A stretch of 64,000 nt of DNA from Felis catus (taxonomy: Eukaryota): positions 10,542,001-10,606,000 of the forward strand of contig NC_058369.1 of the NCBI RefSeq assembly GCF_018350175.1, read 5' to 3'. Below the pieces are notes generated by a model. The model was not told where the DNA came from. It ran no database searches and saw only the letters and a program-made list of their open reading frames with translations. A program made the position numbers and the translations under genes. Position 1 is the first letter of the stretch. Each line of letters begins with the position of its first letter. Shown here piece after piece: positions 49,092-62,655 of this stretch.

Positions 49092-50690
49092 GCACGAGCA
49101 TGAGGACGAGAGTGGCAGAGAGAGAGGGAGAGGGAGAATCCCAAGCAGGCTCCATGCTGTCAGTGCAGAGCCAGACATGAGGCTCGAACTCACAAACTGA
49201 AATCGTAGCCTGAGCTGAAACCAAGAGCCAGACACTTAACCAACTGAAGCAGTCAGGCTCCCATTAGTTTTACTTTTTTAAATTTATTTAAAAGTTTCAA
49301 TTCCTGTATAGTTAACATACAGTGTAATATCAGTTTCAGGTGTATAATATGGTGCTTCAGCATTTTCATAAAACACCCAGTGCTCATCACAACAAGTGCC
49401 CTCCTTAATCCCCAGCATCCATTTCTCCCATCTTCTTCCTTCCCCTCTGGCAACCATAAACTTCTTCTCCCTTTTCTTTCTTGTGCTCATTTGTTTTGTG
49501 TCTTAAATTCCGCATATGAGTGAGATCATGTGGTATTTGTCTTTCTCTAACTGACTTATTTTGCTCAACCTTATGCTCACTAGCTCCATCCAAGTCTTTT
49601 CAAATGGGAGGATTTCATTCAGTTTTATGGGTGAGTAGTATTCCATTGTATGTCTATACCAGATCTTTATCCATTCATCTATCAATGACACTTAGGCTCT
49701 TTCCATTATTTGGCTACTGTAAGTGATAGTGCTGAAACCACAGAAGTGCATTTATCCCTTTGAATGAGTGTTTTTGTATTTTGGGGGTAATGACCCAGCA
49801 GTGCTATTACTGGATTGGAAGGTACCTCTGTTTTTTTTCCTTCCATGATTTTATTTAAGTTCAAGTTAGCTACCATAGAGTGTACGATTGGTTTCAGGAG
49901 TCGAATTCAGGGATTCGTTGTCTGCATAGAATACACGGTGCTCATCGCAACAAGTGCCTCCCTTAATGCCCATCACCCATCTAGTCTCTCCCCCATCCAC
50001 CTCTCTTCCAGCAACTCTCACTTTGTTCTCTGTGGTTACCAGTGTCCTATGGTTTGCCTCCTCCCTGTTTTTATCTTAGGGTATTTTTTTCCCTTACTCT
50101 AAACTTGTCTGTCCTGTTTCTTAAATTCCACATATGAGTGTAATCATATGATACTTGTCTTTCTCTGACTGACTCATTTTAGTTAGCATAATACTCTAGT
50201 TCCATCCATGTCATTTCAAATGGCAAGATTTTATTCTTTTTGATGCTAACGCAACCAAGGTCATTCCATTTTTATCTTTTGGAGGAAGTTTCATACTGTT
50301 TCCTACAGTGGCTCTACCAGTTTGTATTCCCCCCAGCAGTGCAAGAGGGTTCCCCTTTCTCCACATCCTCACCAACAGTTTTTATTTAATATATATTTTC
50401 AAAAGTTTTATTATGGAAGTGTGGATTCATTGTATGGTACACCTGAAACTAATAGGACACTGTGTGTTAACTAACTGGAATTTAAAGAAAAGTTTTGCCT
50501 TTTTTTCCTTAACTTTAGAGAGAGAGAGTATGAGCAAGTGGGAGTGAGGGGTGAGGGAGAGAGAGAATCCCAAGAAGCTTCCACGGTAGGTGCAGAGCCT
50601 GACTTGGGGTTCAGTGCAGCAACTCTGGGATCATGAACCAAACTGAAGTCAAGAGTCAGATGCTCAATCAATTGAGACACACAGATGCAT
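49000..50690 (-). mobile_element. Stack of CanSINEs (49020-49262, 50500-50690) and carnivore L1 3' fragments (49270-49830 plus 50270-50490, with 49850-50245 nested)
   Basis: L1 3'UTR motifs; the outer L1 fragment is paralogous to 63010-63850. Confidence 0.8.
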
Positions 50691-52499
50691 CAGTACTTCC
50701 TTTCTAAAATTGAGTTGTTTGTTTTTTAAAAAGAATTCTTGAAATTCTGTACATACTTTGATATTAATCTATTATCAGGTGTGTGATTCACCAGTAGTTT
50801 CTCCATTTTGTGGGTTACCTTTTCATTTGGAAATAGTGCCCTTCAGTGCACAAATACTTTTGATTTTGGTGACATAAGTTTTTCTCTAGTTGCCTGTGTC
50901 TTTGGTGTTATATCCAAGGAATCTTTGTCAAATCCAGAGTCATAACGAGGTACCTTTATGTCTTATTCTACATGTTTATTTACAGTTTTATTTCTTATGT
51001 TTAGATCTGTGATCCATTTGGAGTCATGTTTGTAGATGGTAGACCGAAGGGTCATTTCCATTTTTTGAATGTGTATGTCCAGGTTTACATCACAATTTCT
51101 TGGAAAGAGTGTCTATTTACCATTGAAGTATACTGGCAGTCTTGTCAAAAATCATTCACTTATAGCTATGAGGATTTATTTCTGGGCTTTCTCCTATTCC
51201 ATTGAATTATATCTTTGTTTTTATTGTTGTTGTGAAAGCTGGTCATTTAAAAATTAAATTGTGGTAACTCTGAATATTTTATTTCTCTCCTCCCAACCAT
51301 GATTTTTATTGAAGTATACTTTACAGAGTTGTATTAGTTTCAGTGTAAAATGTAATGCATCAACAATTCTATGCACTATTAAGTGCTCATGGAGATAAGT
51401 GTACCCTTAGTTCCCTTTATCTATCTCACCCAACCATAGCCACCTTTTCTCTGGCAACCACCAGTTCCAGTTTGTTCTCCGTGTTAAAAGTCTGGTTTTT
51501 TGTTTCTTCTTTTTTCCATGTTTGTTCATTTGTTTCTTAAATTCCACATAGGAGTGCAATCAAATGGTGTTTGTCTTTCTCTAACGGACTCATTTCCCTG
51601 AGCACTATACCCTCTAGGTCCCTCCAAGTTGCAAACTTACATAATTTTTATTATTATATTTTGCTCTTCAAAGGGGTCCATTGATTCCCTATTTTTCCAT
51701 CTACAGTTTTCTTAGACTATTGTAGTAGCAACAGTCCGTGTCTACCATTGTCTCAGGATGAGTTTTCCACAGGGAGAACATGGTCCTGGACATCCTGTCA
51801 TGAGATCTGCACTGCCATTCAGATATTTTCCTAAATTCGTGTCAAGCTGACAGCCAAAATATCTGCATCTCTGCTCTCTGAACGCTAACTGCTCAGGGTC
51901 ATATTTGAAATGTCATACTTGCCCCCTGATGACTGGTCATCAAGTATGAAGTATTTCCCACATTGGCTGCCCAGATACTTCCTGTTGGAGTGCTCTTACC
52001 CCTTCACCCACACCAAGCCTCGGGACAATTAGTAGGTTGTTTGGCAGTCTTCACTCATCTCCCCTGGAAGAGGTGACCTGTGTTTGTATTCTCTTCATCA
52101 GGTGTCAGTGTCTCTTCAGGTTAGCACATTCATTTATTTTTATGTCCTTGCTCTGTGGATACTGTGAGCTCCTCAAGAGAAGGGACCGTTTCTTACACCT
52201 TTCTTCCTTCCTGGGATGTAGTTTAGTGCCTACTGTAAAACAACTGCTAATGAAGTGTTAGTAAGATGCTTGAAGAAGCAAATGGTTGAGTGATGTTAAA
52301 CAGACATTGCCTACATTGAAGGAGAAAGGAGAAGCAGGACAAAAGAAGAAAGCTGTGGAGGCTGGGAGTTCCATGATTGTGAGCCAACAGAATGAGTACA
52401 GATGGGAGAAAGAAAAGATTTAGGGGACACAATTCTCCAAAACCAGAATTGTATACTTATGATGGGGTGCTCTGACTTATTAGTGAGAAGCTCCAAAGA

Positions 52500-53000
52500 C
52501 AGGGGACCTCCTTCTGGGATAGAGTTTAATGGGATAAGAGACAATCAGAGAATGCCAAGGCTGTGTCCCAACACTGGGACAAGTTTGCATTCTATCTTTC
52601 TCTCCTAGCTCCAAAGACCCAAGCCTCTTACAGGGACAATAGACACAATATTATTTCACTAATGAGACTCATGGGAGTTTATTCCCTACAATTACAAAAA
52701 TTGAAAATGCCTTTGCTGCACCCATGAAGGTAACTCCTGTAATCTCAGGTGATACGAGCATAGAGCTGTGTTTTCTAGAGACTTCCTGAGTGGGGCCATG
52801 TCTCTTCCCTTCCTGGGGACATAACTCCAACCACAGCAATCATCCATGGGAGAGACTCGGTCATTGATTTCACATTGCTCAGTGCTAACATCTGGGTGAG
52901 CCACAGAATCTTCAGAAGTGCTGGAGAAATGTGTTATGAATGGAGGGACCTCTTGTAGCTGATGTTATTTTGGGGGCATCGACAGGGACAATAAGTTAAG
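52500..53000 (+). promoter_or_regulatory. Putative OR promoter and non-coding first exon for unit C
   Basis: TAATGA (52660) plus CTCATGGGA; donor G|GTGAGC (GT at 52896); paralog of 35560-36045. Confidence 0.65.
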
Positions 53001-54626
53001 GAGAGTTTAGTGATGTCAAGCCCTGCCCATAAGGCTTTGATTCTGGAGGGAAACTCCAGATATACTAAACCATCTGTCCTCCAGAGTTAGTGCTTCATCA
53101 GTGGGTCTTCATGTTTCAACAGTCTTTCCTCTGTTTTCATTGCTGGTCCTTCCATTGTTGGGAGTGACCGTTTACTGTTATTGAACCATTTATTAATTGT
53201 CATTCAACAAGCATTTTTTTCCCAGCAATTAATTTGTGGTAGACACTACTATTTATTCTATGAATAGCTAAATGACTAAGACAGTGTTTCTTCTGTCAGG
53301 GTCCTCATTGTGTAAACAGAGTGAGAGATGTAAAAATGAATAAATGTGATAATGAGAGGTTGCATTGAAATCTGGGGAAGTAGACTCCCTAAAGTTACCT
53401 CTTTATTTTATTTGTAATTGTTTTAAAAAAAGAAGAATCTTTGATAGGAGTCAGTGAAGGCTTTGCAGAGAAGCCTATAGGTGCTGAGCCTTGAAGGGGG
53501 TGTTGGAGTCTTTCCGTGGGGAGGAGGGGTGTGAGCAGTCCAGAAACAGCAGGGGAAGAATTTTAGAGATTAAAGTAGAGTGGGAGTTGTGCTGATGGGA
53601 ATTAGAAACACTTCTTACCGTCTGATCAGCAATCATAAGCATAGTCTATAAAATGAATCCAAATGGACCTGGCTGGGTAGGCAGTAGTCAGATTAACAAA
53701 CAACGTTATGTTTGCGCTAGAAGGTTGAAATTGAAATCTGAAATTAGTGAAGTGTAAGTGCTGTTTTTATGTCAGGGGACAGCTATGACAGGTCTTCTCT
53801 ATGGAAAAACGACCCAGGTTATTGTGAGGAAGAAACTATTGCTGCATTCAGAGTGGGAGAGTGTTATTGAGGGATAGAAACAGCACCAGGCACAGAATGG
53901 GTCTCGGAGGGGTGGAAATCGTGAATCCAGAAATTCAGATGAATTTTTTCATTCATTCTTAAATGTTTACTAGAAACAATGCAGATACCGTATAGTCATC
54001 ATTTCATTGAAAAATTTCAAAAACTGTATGTGGTATGATTATTTAATGTTACTGATGGGAAGTGTTACTGACAGCAGCAACACTGGTCATACAGGGCACA
54101 TACCAGACTCTTTGGGACAATCTCAGAACACGGTGTTTCCAAAGATTTTGCATTTCGTTAATAATTTTAGTTTTTAATCAAATTTAGTATTTGTGTAGTT
54201 TTATATTTACAGAACAAACCTGCTATGATCTTTAGAGGGTTCTCCCAAGCTCCCTTCCCAGTTTCTGCACTTATGAACACACTCTCTCTCTTACACCTGT
54301 TACTTTTAATTCTCATATCTGCTGAGCTTCCACACGCAGTGACTTTTTCCTCAGGCTTCCTTTGTTCTTGAAGCAATTGATAGCTTTAGGAGTAGTGGTC
54401 CGGCATTGCATTAAAAAAATCTTCTTTTGGACTGGCCTTATTTTTCTTTGTTTTCATGAGTAGAATGGGACATGGATGTTGGACAAGAAGACTAGAGAGG
54501 GAAAGAGGCATGTTCATTCCCTGACAGCAAGGGTTCAGACTATCAACATGACTAACTCTCATTGGTGTTGACATTGATATCCTGGCAGACATGGTGTTTG
54601 TCAGATTTCTCTTTCCCTTTTCTTTC

Positions 54627-54853
54627 TTTTTTTTTTTTAAATTTTTTCAACGTTTTTTATTTATTTTTGGGACAGAGAGAGACAGAGCATGAACGGGGGA
54701 GGGGCAGAGAGAGAGGGAGACACAGAATCGGAAACAGGCTCCAGGCTCCGAGCCATCAGCCCAGAGCCCGACGCGGGGCTCGAACCCACGGACCGCGAGA
54801 TCGTGACCTGGCTGAAGCCGGACGCTTAACCGACTGCGCCACCCAGGCGCCCC
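54627..54853 (-). mobile_element. Young CpG-rich felid CanSINE
   Basis: TSD tctctttcccttttcttt at 54608 and 54854. Confidence 0.95.
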
Positions 54854-55919
54854 TCTCTTTCCCTTTTCTTTCCATCCTGTCCTCCTGTAGGGACTTTCTA
54901 TGGGCAACCCCATCTCTAAGTAGTGGTGGTTATCTTCCACCTCCTTAAGAGTAGAATATTTCTGTAAACCATTGGTTCTCTACTGCACTCGAGATTGTGT
55001 CTTCAGTTATTTACATTATATACTCTGTGTTACACCCCAATACTACTTTATTTTGTTGTTCATATTGTTGCAGCTGTGGCAATGGAGAGCTCCTTCAGTT
55101 ACTGATATGTCCCTTTGGCATGTCTCCATCATTCTTGGCTTTTTTTGGGTGGCCTTTCATTACTGTCTTACAGGAAAAGATGCCTCAGATTCAGCTTATT
55201 GTATGTTCCTCTGGAGTTCTACAGTCAGTCATTTCTGCAAGGAGCCCTGTTTTATTTTATTGGAATATGGGATTCGATTCAAGATCTTGGTACCTGCTGT
55301 ACTTACTTGTTGCTACCAGGGTCTCCATATTCCCTCAACTGACCTGGCAAGGAAACATATGAGTGTTCACTACTCAGTGTATATGCAGACATCCATACAT
55401 GTGTCTATATGTAACCCTCTGTATTTTTATATAAAAATACAAAAGCTAAAGTAAGTGCATATTGATGGCTCCAAACTAATTTATTACCAAAGGACCATAA
55501 GAGCTACTCCACCTTGCTTACATGTGAAGTCCCAAACCAAATGTGATCACGTCGTTCCCACCATTTACTGTCCATTTCCTTATATGTTCAATTTCAGTGC
55601 AGGAGTATCAGCATTGTTAACAGTATCCTCTGGGACACATTTTATCAAGAATGGTGCAGTGTTTCTGTGCAATTTCTTTCATGTCCAGTTTTACAGACTC
55701 TTCTCTTTTCCCAGATCTTGTTTTTCTACACCTTTTTTGCCCACCTGCTTCACTGAGATTGTGTCATACAATTATAATATAGTTAGATTGTTTTGTCACA
55801 TGTACATTCCATTGTAGGATTCCATCTGTCACCTAAGTTTTATGTTTGCATTGATTTATATTCTGCAACTTTACTGAATTTATTACTCTAACAGTTTTTC
55901 TTGTTTTTTTTTAATGCTT

Positions 55920-56157
55920 CTTTATTTTATTATTATTTTAAAAAATTTATTTAATGCTTATTTATTTTTGAGAGAGAGAGAAAGACAGAGTGTGAGTGGG
56001 GGAGGGGCAGTGAGAGAGGGAGACACAGAATTTGAAGCAGGCTCCAGCCTCTGAGCTGTCAGCACAGAGCCCGACACATGGCTCAAATCCATGAACCTTG
56101 AGTTCATGACCTGAGCTGAAGTCGGACACTCAACCAACTGAGCCACCCAGGAGTCCC
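55920..56157 (-). mobile_element. CanSINE
   Basis: Typical body and tail. Confidence 0.9.
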
Positions 56158-57674
56158 AATGCTATCTTTTTAAACGAAAAATAAGATCACCTTTTTGTGA
56201 AGAGAAACAATATTACTTCTTCCATTCTGATTTTGATGCTTTTTGTTTCCTTATTTTTCTTTCCTTTTTTTGGCTGGTTGCTCTGTCTGGAACTTGCAAT
56301 ATACCACGTTGCATAAAAGGTATGAAAAAAAACACATGCTTGTCTTGCCTTATCTTAGAGGTCACTCTCAATGTTTCACTTTGCAGAATGGTTTTAGAGG
56401 TGGGTTTACATATATGACCTATTTTGTGTTGTGGAAGTTTCCTTCTATTCTTAGTTACTTGAATGCTGTTAGTCTAAGGAATGCTCCATTTTGTCACATT
56501 TTATTTACCATCTGTGGACATACTTATGTTACCCTTTATTCTGTTAATATGGTGTATTACACTGAGGGAGTTTTATTGCCTTCCTGGAATAAATGCCATT
56601 TGGTCATGATGCATAACCCTTTTCTACACCATGATCAAAAGGCTGCTATGCTTGAACCGGTTCACATGAATATACCTTGGGATTATTGCTCTCTACTTTT
56701 CTGTTCTTGCAATGTCTTTTCATGGCTTTGGTATCAGTGCAATCCTGGCCCAATGGAATAAAGTAAGAAGTGTTTCCCCTTTGAATTTATTTGGAAGACG
56801 TTGAGAAAGATTGATGTTAATTCTTCTAATTCTGTGTGGTTCTTGTGGTGCTTAGCCATGACTGCTCCATTGGAAAGCCTACACAAAATGCAATTTTCCT
56901 AGAAGAAAGATGCTCTTTGGCTTATGGTGTAGCCTGTCCCCTGCTTTCTAAAAAGCGGTGCTTCAGCTACAAGAGTATACAGTACCACAATAATGGAGAA
57001 CTCTCTCTCTCCCTACCCTCACTTTTGTGTGTGTGTGTTTGTTTGTATGTGTATGTGTGTATAGCTCAGTGGAGTACACACCCATAAAGCATTTACAGCA
57101 ACCCGAAGCTGTCTTATGCAATAGAAAATGCAGAAATTAGAGCAGCTAGAGATGTAGAGTAAAGGTAGAAAGACCGAGAATTATGGAGGAATGAATTATG
57201 TTCCATTAGTGTACATTACATAAAATGTATCCTGTTTTAGACAGACATCATATATAACATATAAATATAAACACGACACTGAACGGTAGTGTCCACTGCC
57301 TTAGAATGTTTCTAAAGATGCAGGAGGCTTTGAGCTCTTCTCTCTTGTTTGCATCCAACACATACTCCCATTGTGTTACCTGTTCTGCTCACAACTTTTT
57401 CTTTGATGTTGCCTGATGGTTTCGGGTGAGCTCTTGACTGAAGGCCTTTGTGCATGTGATGTATCTGCCTTAGCTGGTTTTCTCAAAGTTATCTGCAAGG
57501 TTCATATATCCCTTAATTTTCCAGGTCAGAAGCCCCTAATCAGACTTGATACAATGGCAGGTTTCCCTTCAACTTAGGACTCCTTTGTCCTGAATTATTT
57601 TACTTATTAGTTGTAACCACCACTTGAAATATCATTTATTCACTTTTAAATAATCTATTTTCCTCCCTCTGACT

Positions 57675-57676
<2 letters not shown>

Positions 57677-57712
<36 letters not shown>
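57677..57712. repeat. (CA)n microsatellite (short in paralog 44156-44166); (TA)n at 59787-59831
   Basis: Read directly. Confidence 0.97.
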
Positions 57713-57713
<1 letters not shown>

Positions 57714-58076
57714 GACTTGGTTTTGTTCAGGTCAAACACACATCACTACTTTTTGCAATGCTTTTGATAATACTTGTCACAAGATAATTTGCTATTTTGT
57801 TGGTGAAAAAAAGGTCTCAGGAAGTTTATGGAGGAGAACGTTGTTTTGAATAATTGTTTTGATTAGGAACAAGAATTGTGAACAGTTTCAGCCTCACAGA
57901 AAACAGGGAGCATGTGAAAGTCCCTGAAATTTTCTGGTACATATTTGAGATTGGTAGGGAATGTGTAAGAATTAGTGAGTGCGTCATGTTGAAAACACAG
58001 CAGTTCTTTTCATTCTTTGATCACTGCTGATGCCTTTACAAGGATCTTGTCTGTTCCAGCTGTTTTCATCAGTTAC

Positions 58077-59045
58077 ATGGAAGGAAGAAATCAAACTCAT
58101 GTTACAGAATTTATCCTCCTGGGACTCTCCGACCAGGGGGAACAGCAGTCTCTGCTCTTTTGGGTGTTCCTGTCCATGTACCTGGTCACCTTCACTGGGA
58201 ACCTGCTCATGATCCTGACCATTATCACGGACCCCCGCCTCCACACACCCATGTACTTCTTCCTCTCCAACCTCTCCTTTTCAGACATCTGTTTCACCTC
58301 CACCACCGTCCCAAAGATGCTGCTGAACATCCAGACGCAGAGCAAAGTGATCACCTATGAAGGCTGTCTCAGCCAGATGTACTTTTTCATGGTTTTTGCA
58401 GGATTAGACACCTTCCTCTTGACAGTGATGGCCTATGACCGGTTTGTGGCCATCTGTCAGCCACTGCACTACATGGTCATCATGAACCCCAAGTTCTGTG
58501 GCATCCTGCTCCTGGTATGCTGGTTATTGAGTATTTTTAACTCTCTATTACATGACTTGCTGATTTTGCGACTCTCTTTTTGCACAGATCTGGAAATCTA
58601 TCACTTTTTCTGTGAAGTTAAGCAGGTGATCCAACTTGCTTGCTCTGATACCTTCCTCAATGACCTAGGAACATATCTGGCGAGTGGATTTCTGGGTGGT
58701 TTTCCACTCACTGTCATCCTCTCCTCATACTCTAGAATTGTCACTTCCATTTTGAGAATTTCATCAGTGAGGGGCAAGTATAAAGCATTTTCCACGTGTG
58801 GGTCTCATCTCTCAGTGGTCTCTTTGTTCTATGGTACAAGCCTTGGGGTGTATCTGAGTTCTGCTGCTGCACAAAACTCCAGGGAAAGTACCATAGCCTC
58901 AGTCATGTACACAGTGGTGACGCCCATGTTGAACCCCTTCATCTATGGTCTGAGGAACAGAGACATCAAGCAAGGTCTGAGAAAGCTCTTTAGCCGAGAG
59001 ACATTCTCTGCATATAGGATTCTTTGTTTCAGGATGAAGACTTGA
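58077..59045 (+). CDS. Intact olfactory receptor, class II family 7 (OR7A/OR7C-like), 322 aa (unit C)
   Basis: Same length and motifs as B ([50 protein letters not shown]). ATG at 58077 aligns with the B start. The ORF-track start at 58017 is a TTG upstream of the acceptor ctgttccag (58059). Confidence 0.97.
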   Translation: MEGRNQTHVTEFILLGLSDQGEQQSLLFWVFLSMYLVTFTGNLLMILTIITDPRLHTPMYFFLSNLSFSDICFTSTTVPKMLLNIQTQSKVITYEGCLSQMYFFMVFAGLDTFLLTVMAYDRFVAICQPLHYMVIMNPKFCGILLLVCWLLSIFNSLLHDLLILRLSFCTDLEIYHFFCEVKQVIQLACSDTFLNDLGTYLASGFLGGFPLTVILSSYSRIVTSILRISSVRGKYKAFSTCGSHLSVVSLFYGTSLGVYLSSAAAQNSRESTIASVMYTVVTPMLNPFIYGLRNRDIKQGLRKLFSRETFSAYRILCFRMKT

Positions 59046-59189
59046 GTAACAGGGCTTAAAACCCTAGAAGAGCTCGATCATGATATTTGTTTCAGTTCAT
59101 AGGCTGACAATCTGCAGTTTATCTTTCTACAGTATTCGGTTGCTAGAAGTTTTCATACATTGTGAGCAACTATTTCTTCTGTAGATTTT

Positions 59190-59666
59190 TGAAGTTTATT
59201 TATTGATTTTGAGAGAGAGAGCAAGAGTGAGTGGGGAGGGAGAGAGAGAGATGGAGAGACTATCCCAAGCTGTGTACAGGCTTTCAGCACAGAGCCTGAA
59301 ATGGGGCTCAATGTCAGAGAGTGGGCTCATGACCTGAACCCAAACCAAGAGTTGGATGCTTAGCTGACTGAGCCACCCAGGCACCCCTCCTCCAGAAATC
59401 TTTAAAACTGTTTAGGCCTCTCATTAAATTTTATCACATGGATTTTAAAATTTTTTAATGATTAGTTATTTTTTGAGACAGAGAGAGAGTGGGGGGTGGG
59501 GAGAATAGGGGCAGAGAGAGAGAGAAGGAGACACAGAATCCGAAGCAGGCTCCAGGCTCTGAGCTGTCAGTCCAGAGCACAATGCAGGGCTTGAACCCAT
59601 GAATTGCAAGACTACGACCTGAGCCAAAGTCGGATGTTCAACCAACTGAGCCATCCCAGTGCCCCC
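59190..59666 (-). mobile_element. Two CanSINEs 3' of gene C, paralogous to those 3' of gene B
   Basis: Shared flanks gcaactatt...tgtag and catt...atgga. Confidence 0.9.
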
Positions 59667-59699
59667 ATTGTATGGATTTTTAAGAACATATATATAACA

Positions 59700-59785
59700 T
59701 AGCATGTTATATCATGTGATAGGAGGATATAGTGGAGTAAATGTGAAATGCTTTTTTCTCTGGTTTGAAAGCAGTATCTTTATAC

Positions 59786-59837
<52 letters not shown>

Positions 59838-61648
59838 TATATTAGAGTATCTGCTTTTGGAGGAAAATCATTGAACATACAAGAGTTTATAGATGAGTTT
59901 CCAGGGTTTTATGCCAATTCACCTCGGCAGGTGATCATATCTATAAGAGCAGAGCCACCGGGAACCCTGTGTGATTAGTTTACAATAATCCACATTCAGT
60001 ATGCAACCTGTAGTTTCCCCTCACACAGTCCTCATCATAAATTAAGTGTGAAGGTAACAGAAATTGCAGCTCCTGCTGTTTCAGGCCTTGATGGTGTCAA
60101 CCTTGGTGATTTTTCCCAGGGATGCATTATTACTTTTCTTTTAATATTTGGTAGGCGGCAGCACTGTCTTGTGATTTCCCTCAGCACCTCCTACCGTCAT
60201 AGGCTCTTCACAGATCTCACACACAATATGGCTACTCTGCCTATTGCCACCTCCATCTTTTCTAATGCTGCATCCCCGAAATTAGGCAGTGTGAGCAGGA
60301 TACAGTTATGGGTGTAACCTGTGCTGTGTGAGACAGAGTGAGACCAATGTCTCCTTATCACCTGACCCCAGAGTCCCCCACTTGGATTGTAGGCGATAAT
60401 GGTAATTCCCTATTACCTGATTCACAGTTTTCCAGCTAAAAGTTCACAGGTCTTTTCGAACACTAGTGGGTAGATAAACGTTCATGGAACGATATCTCAA
60501 ATGCACAGACAAAAAGAAACAGGGAAAGCAAGAAAAAAGGAAGAAAATAAAAACAAAGGAATAAAGAAGAGAGCTTACTTGTAGCATTTGCCAATTTCCA
60601 TGGTATAATTACTCTCATCTTGCCCAAATATCAAGCTACCAGTTTTGGTTCAGACCACGGTCCCCATGAACCATTATAAGCTAGCCTGTGCTATCACCTC
60701 AGAGCCTTTGGGTTGTGTTTGGAGGAAAATGTAAAGCATTTGTTGCCATTTTACAGCCTTCCATCAGGTGTAAATGGTCCCATCAATCGAGGATCTGGGT
60801 TAGTGAACACACTCAGGACTGATAGTAAGGTAAAGATTATGATGCTTCATTGTGGTGACTCAGGTCAATCTTTTCTTCATGATCATTATAGGTGGGTTTT
60901 TTTGTTTTGTTTTTTGTTTTTGCTTATTTGTTTTAGTTACACGAAGTAGATGGCTCCTTACTAAGCTGCCCATCATTTTTGTTTCTTGGAGACATCATGA
61001 TTAATTTGTCGTTTCCAAAAATCTCTGTGGCTCAACCTACGTTGATGAGAATGGTTAATTCTTTTTTTTTAAATTTTTTTTTCAACGTTTATTTATTTTT
61101 GGGACAGAGAGAGACAGAGCATGAACAGGGGAGGGGCAGAGAGAGAGGGAGACACAGAACCGGAAACAGGCTCCAGGCTCTGAGCCATCAGCCCAGAGCC
61201 TGGCGCGGGGCTCGAACTCACGGACCGCGAGATCGTGACCTGGCTGAAGTCCAACGCTTAACCGACTGCGCCACCCAGGCGCCCTGAGAATGGTTAATTC
61301 TTACACACAATGCATATCAAACCTTGAAGGGGTTTGGACTGCGGACATGGCCTCGGGCAGTTCAGCAGGGGCTGAACGCAGAACAAAGGCATTTCAATTT
61401 CAGCATGTCCATGGTGAGTGTATCATATGGGGGAGAAGCTCTTTAGAGTTTGTCAAGGAAGACATTAGAGCTCTGCCCAAGCTATTTCTCAATGCCCTTA
61501 TGAATTTTATGTCATCTGATCTTTTAGCTTGGGTATACTTAGTAGTTGAGGTATTGAATCACACAAGATAAACCCATCACCATGCCCTTGTCTCCTTGTT
61601 CTTTGGATTTCTTCCTCTACATTTTATTAGGCTATTATGACATTGAAA
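59700..61648 (-). mobile_element. Decayed ERVL internal fragment, copy 3, interrupted by a young SINE
   Basis: Paralog of copies 1 and 2; NVEEEIQR (about 61600-61623) and IRALRNSLGRA on -. Confidence 0.7.
61063..61284 (-). mobile_element. Young CpG-rich felid CanSINE inside ERVL copy 3
   Basis: TSD tgagaatggttaattctt at 61045-61062 and 61285-61302; empty sites at about 29632 and 47495. Confidence 0.96.
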
Positions 61649-62429
61649 TTCTTTTTTTTTTTTTTTAAAGTTCATTTATTTACTTTGAGAGAGCGAGAGA
61701 GAACAAGCTGGGGAGGAGCTGAGAGAGGGATAGAGAGAGAATCCCAAGCAGGCTCCACTCTACCAGTGCAGAGCCCAATGTGGGTCTTGAAGTCACAAAT
61801 TGTCAGATCATGACCTGAGTCAAAATCTAGAGTCAGAAACCTAATTGACTGAGCCACCCAGGCACCCATGAAGTTCTTAGAAAATACGCCACTCTTTTTT
61901 CATCCTTGTTTTTCAGGGGAAAATATATATGAAGTTTATTATTTAAACACTTTGAAATATACTTATGTGTCATTAAGTATTTTCTCACTATTTAGCAACC
62001 ACCACCTCTGTTCATCTCCAGAACTTTCTCATCGTCTCAAACTGAACTTCTGTCTCCTTCAAATACTAAATTTGTATTGCCCCCCCTGCTCAACCCTGTC
62101 GCCCACCATCCTACCTTCTCTTCCTAAAACTGATTACCCTAGGTATCTCGTATATGTGTAATTTGTATATTATTGGCCCTTTTGTGCTGGCATTTTTCAG
62201 TTAGCATAATGTTTGTGAGGTTCATCTGAGTTATAGCCTGTGTCAGAATTCCATTTATGTAAAAGGCTGAATGATGTTCTACTTTCTGAGTTCACCACAC
62301 TTTGTTCATCCGTGAGTTTGTTGATGGACATTTGGGTTGTCTCCATATTTTGGTTACTGTGAATAAAGGTGTTTTGAAAATTGGTGTACAAAAATCTGTT
62401 CCGGTCACTGCTTTAAATTCTACTTGGAC

Positions 62430-62655
62430 AGGGGTGCCTGGGTGGCTCAGTCAGTTGAGCGTCCAACTTCAGCTCAGGTCACGGTCTCACGGTTTGTGGG
62501 TTTGAGCCCCGGGTTGGGTTCTGTGCTGACAGCTCAGAGCCTGGAGCCTGCTTCAGATTCTGGGTCTTGCTCTCTCTCCCCCGCTCACATCTGTCTCTCT
62601 GTCTCTATATAAAAAAATAATAAACATTGAAAATTAAAAATAAATAAAAATAAAT
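62430..62655 (+). mobile_element. CanSINE
   Basis: Head ggggtgcctgggtggctcag, A tail; degenerate TSD taaattct...ggaca. Confidence 0.92.

Noticed and set aside
58017..58076. 20-aa N-terminal extension of OR C in the ORF track
   Set aside because: Starts at TTG and spans a splice-acceptor-like sequence; ATG 58077 aligns with the B start.
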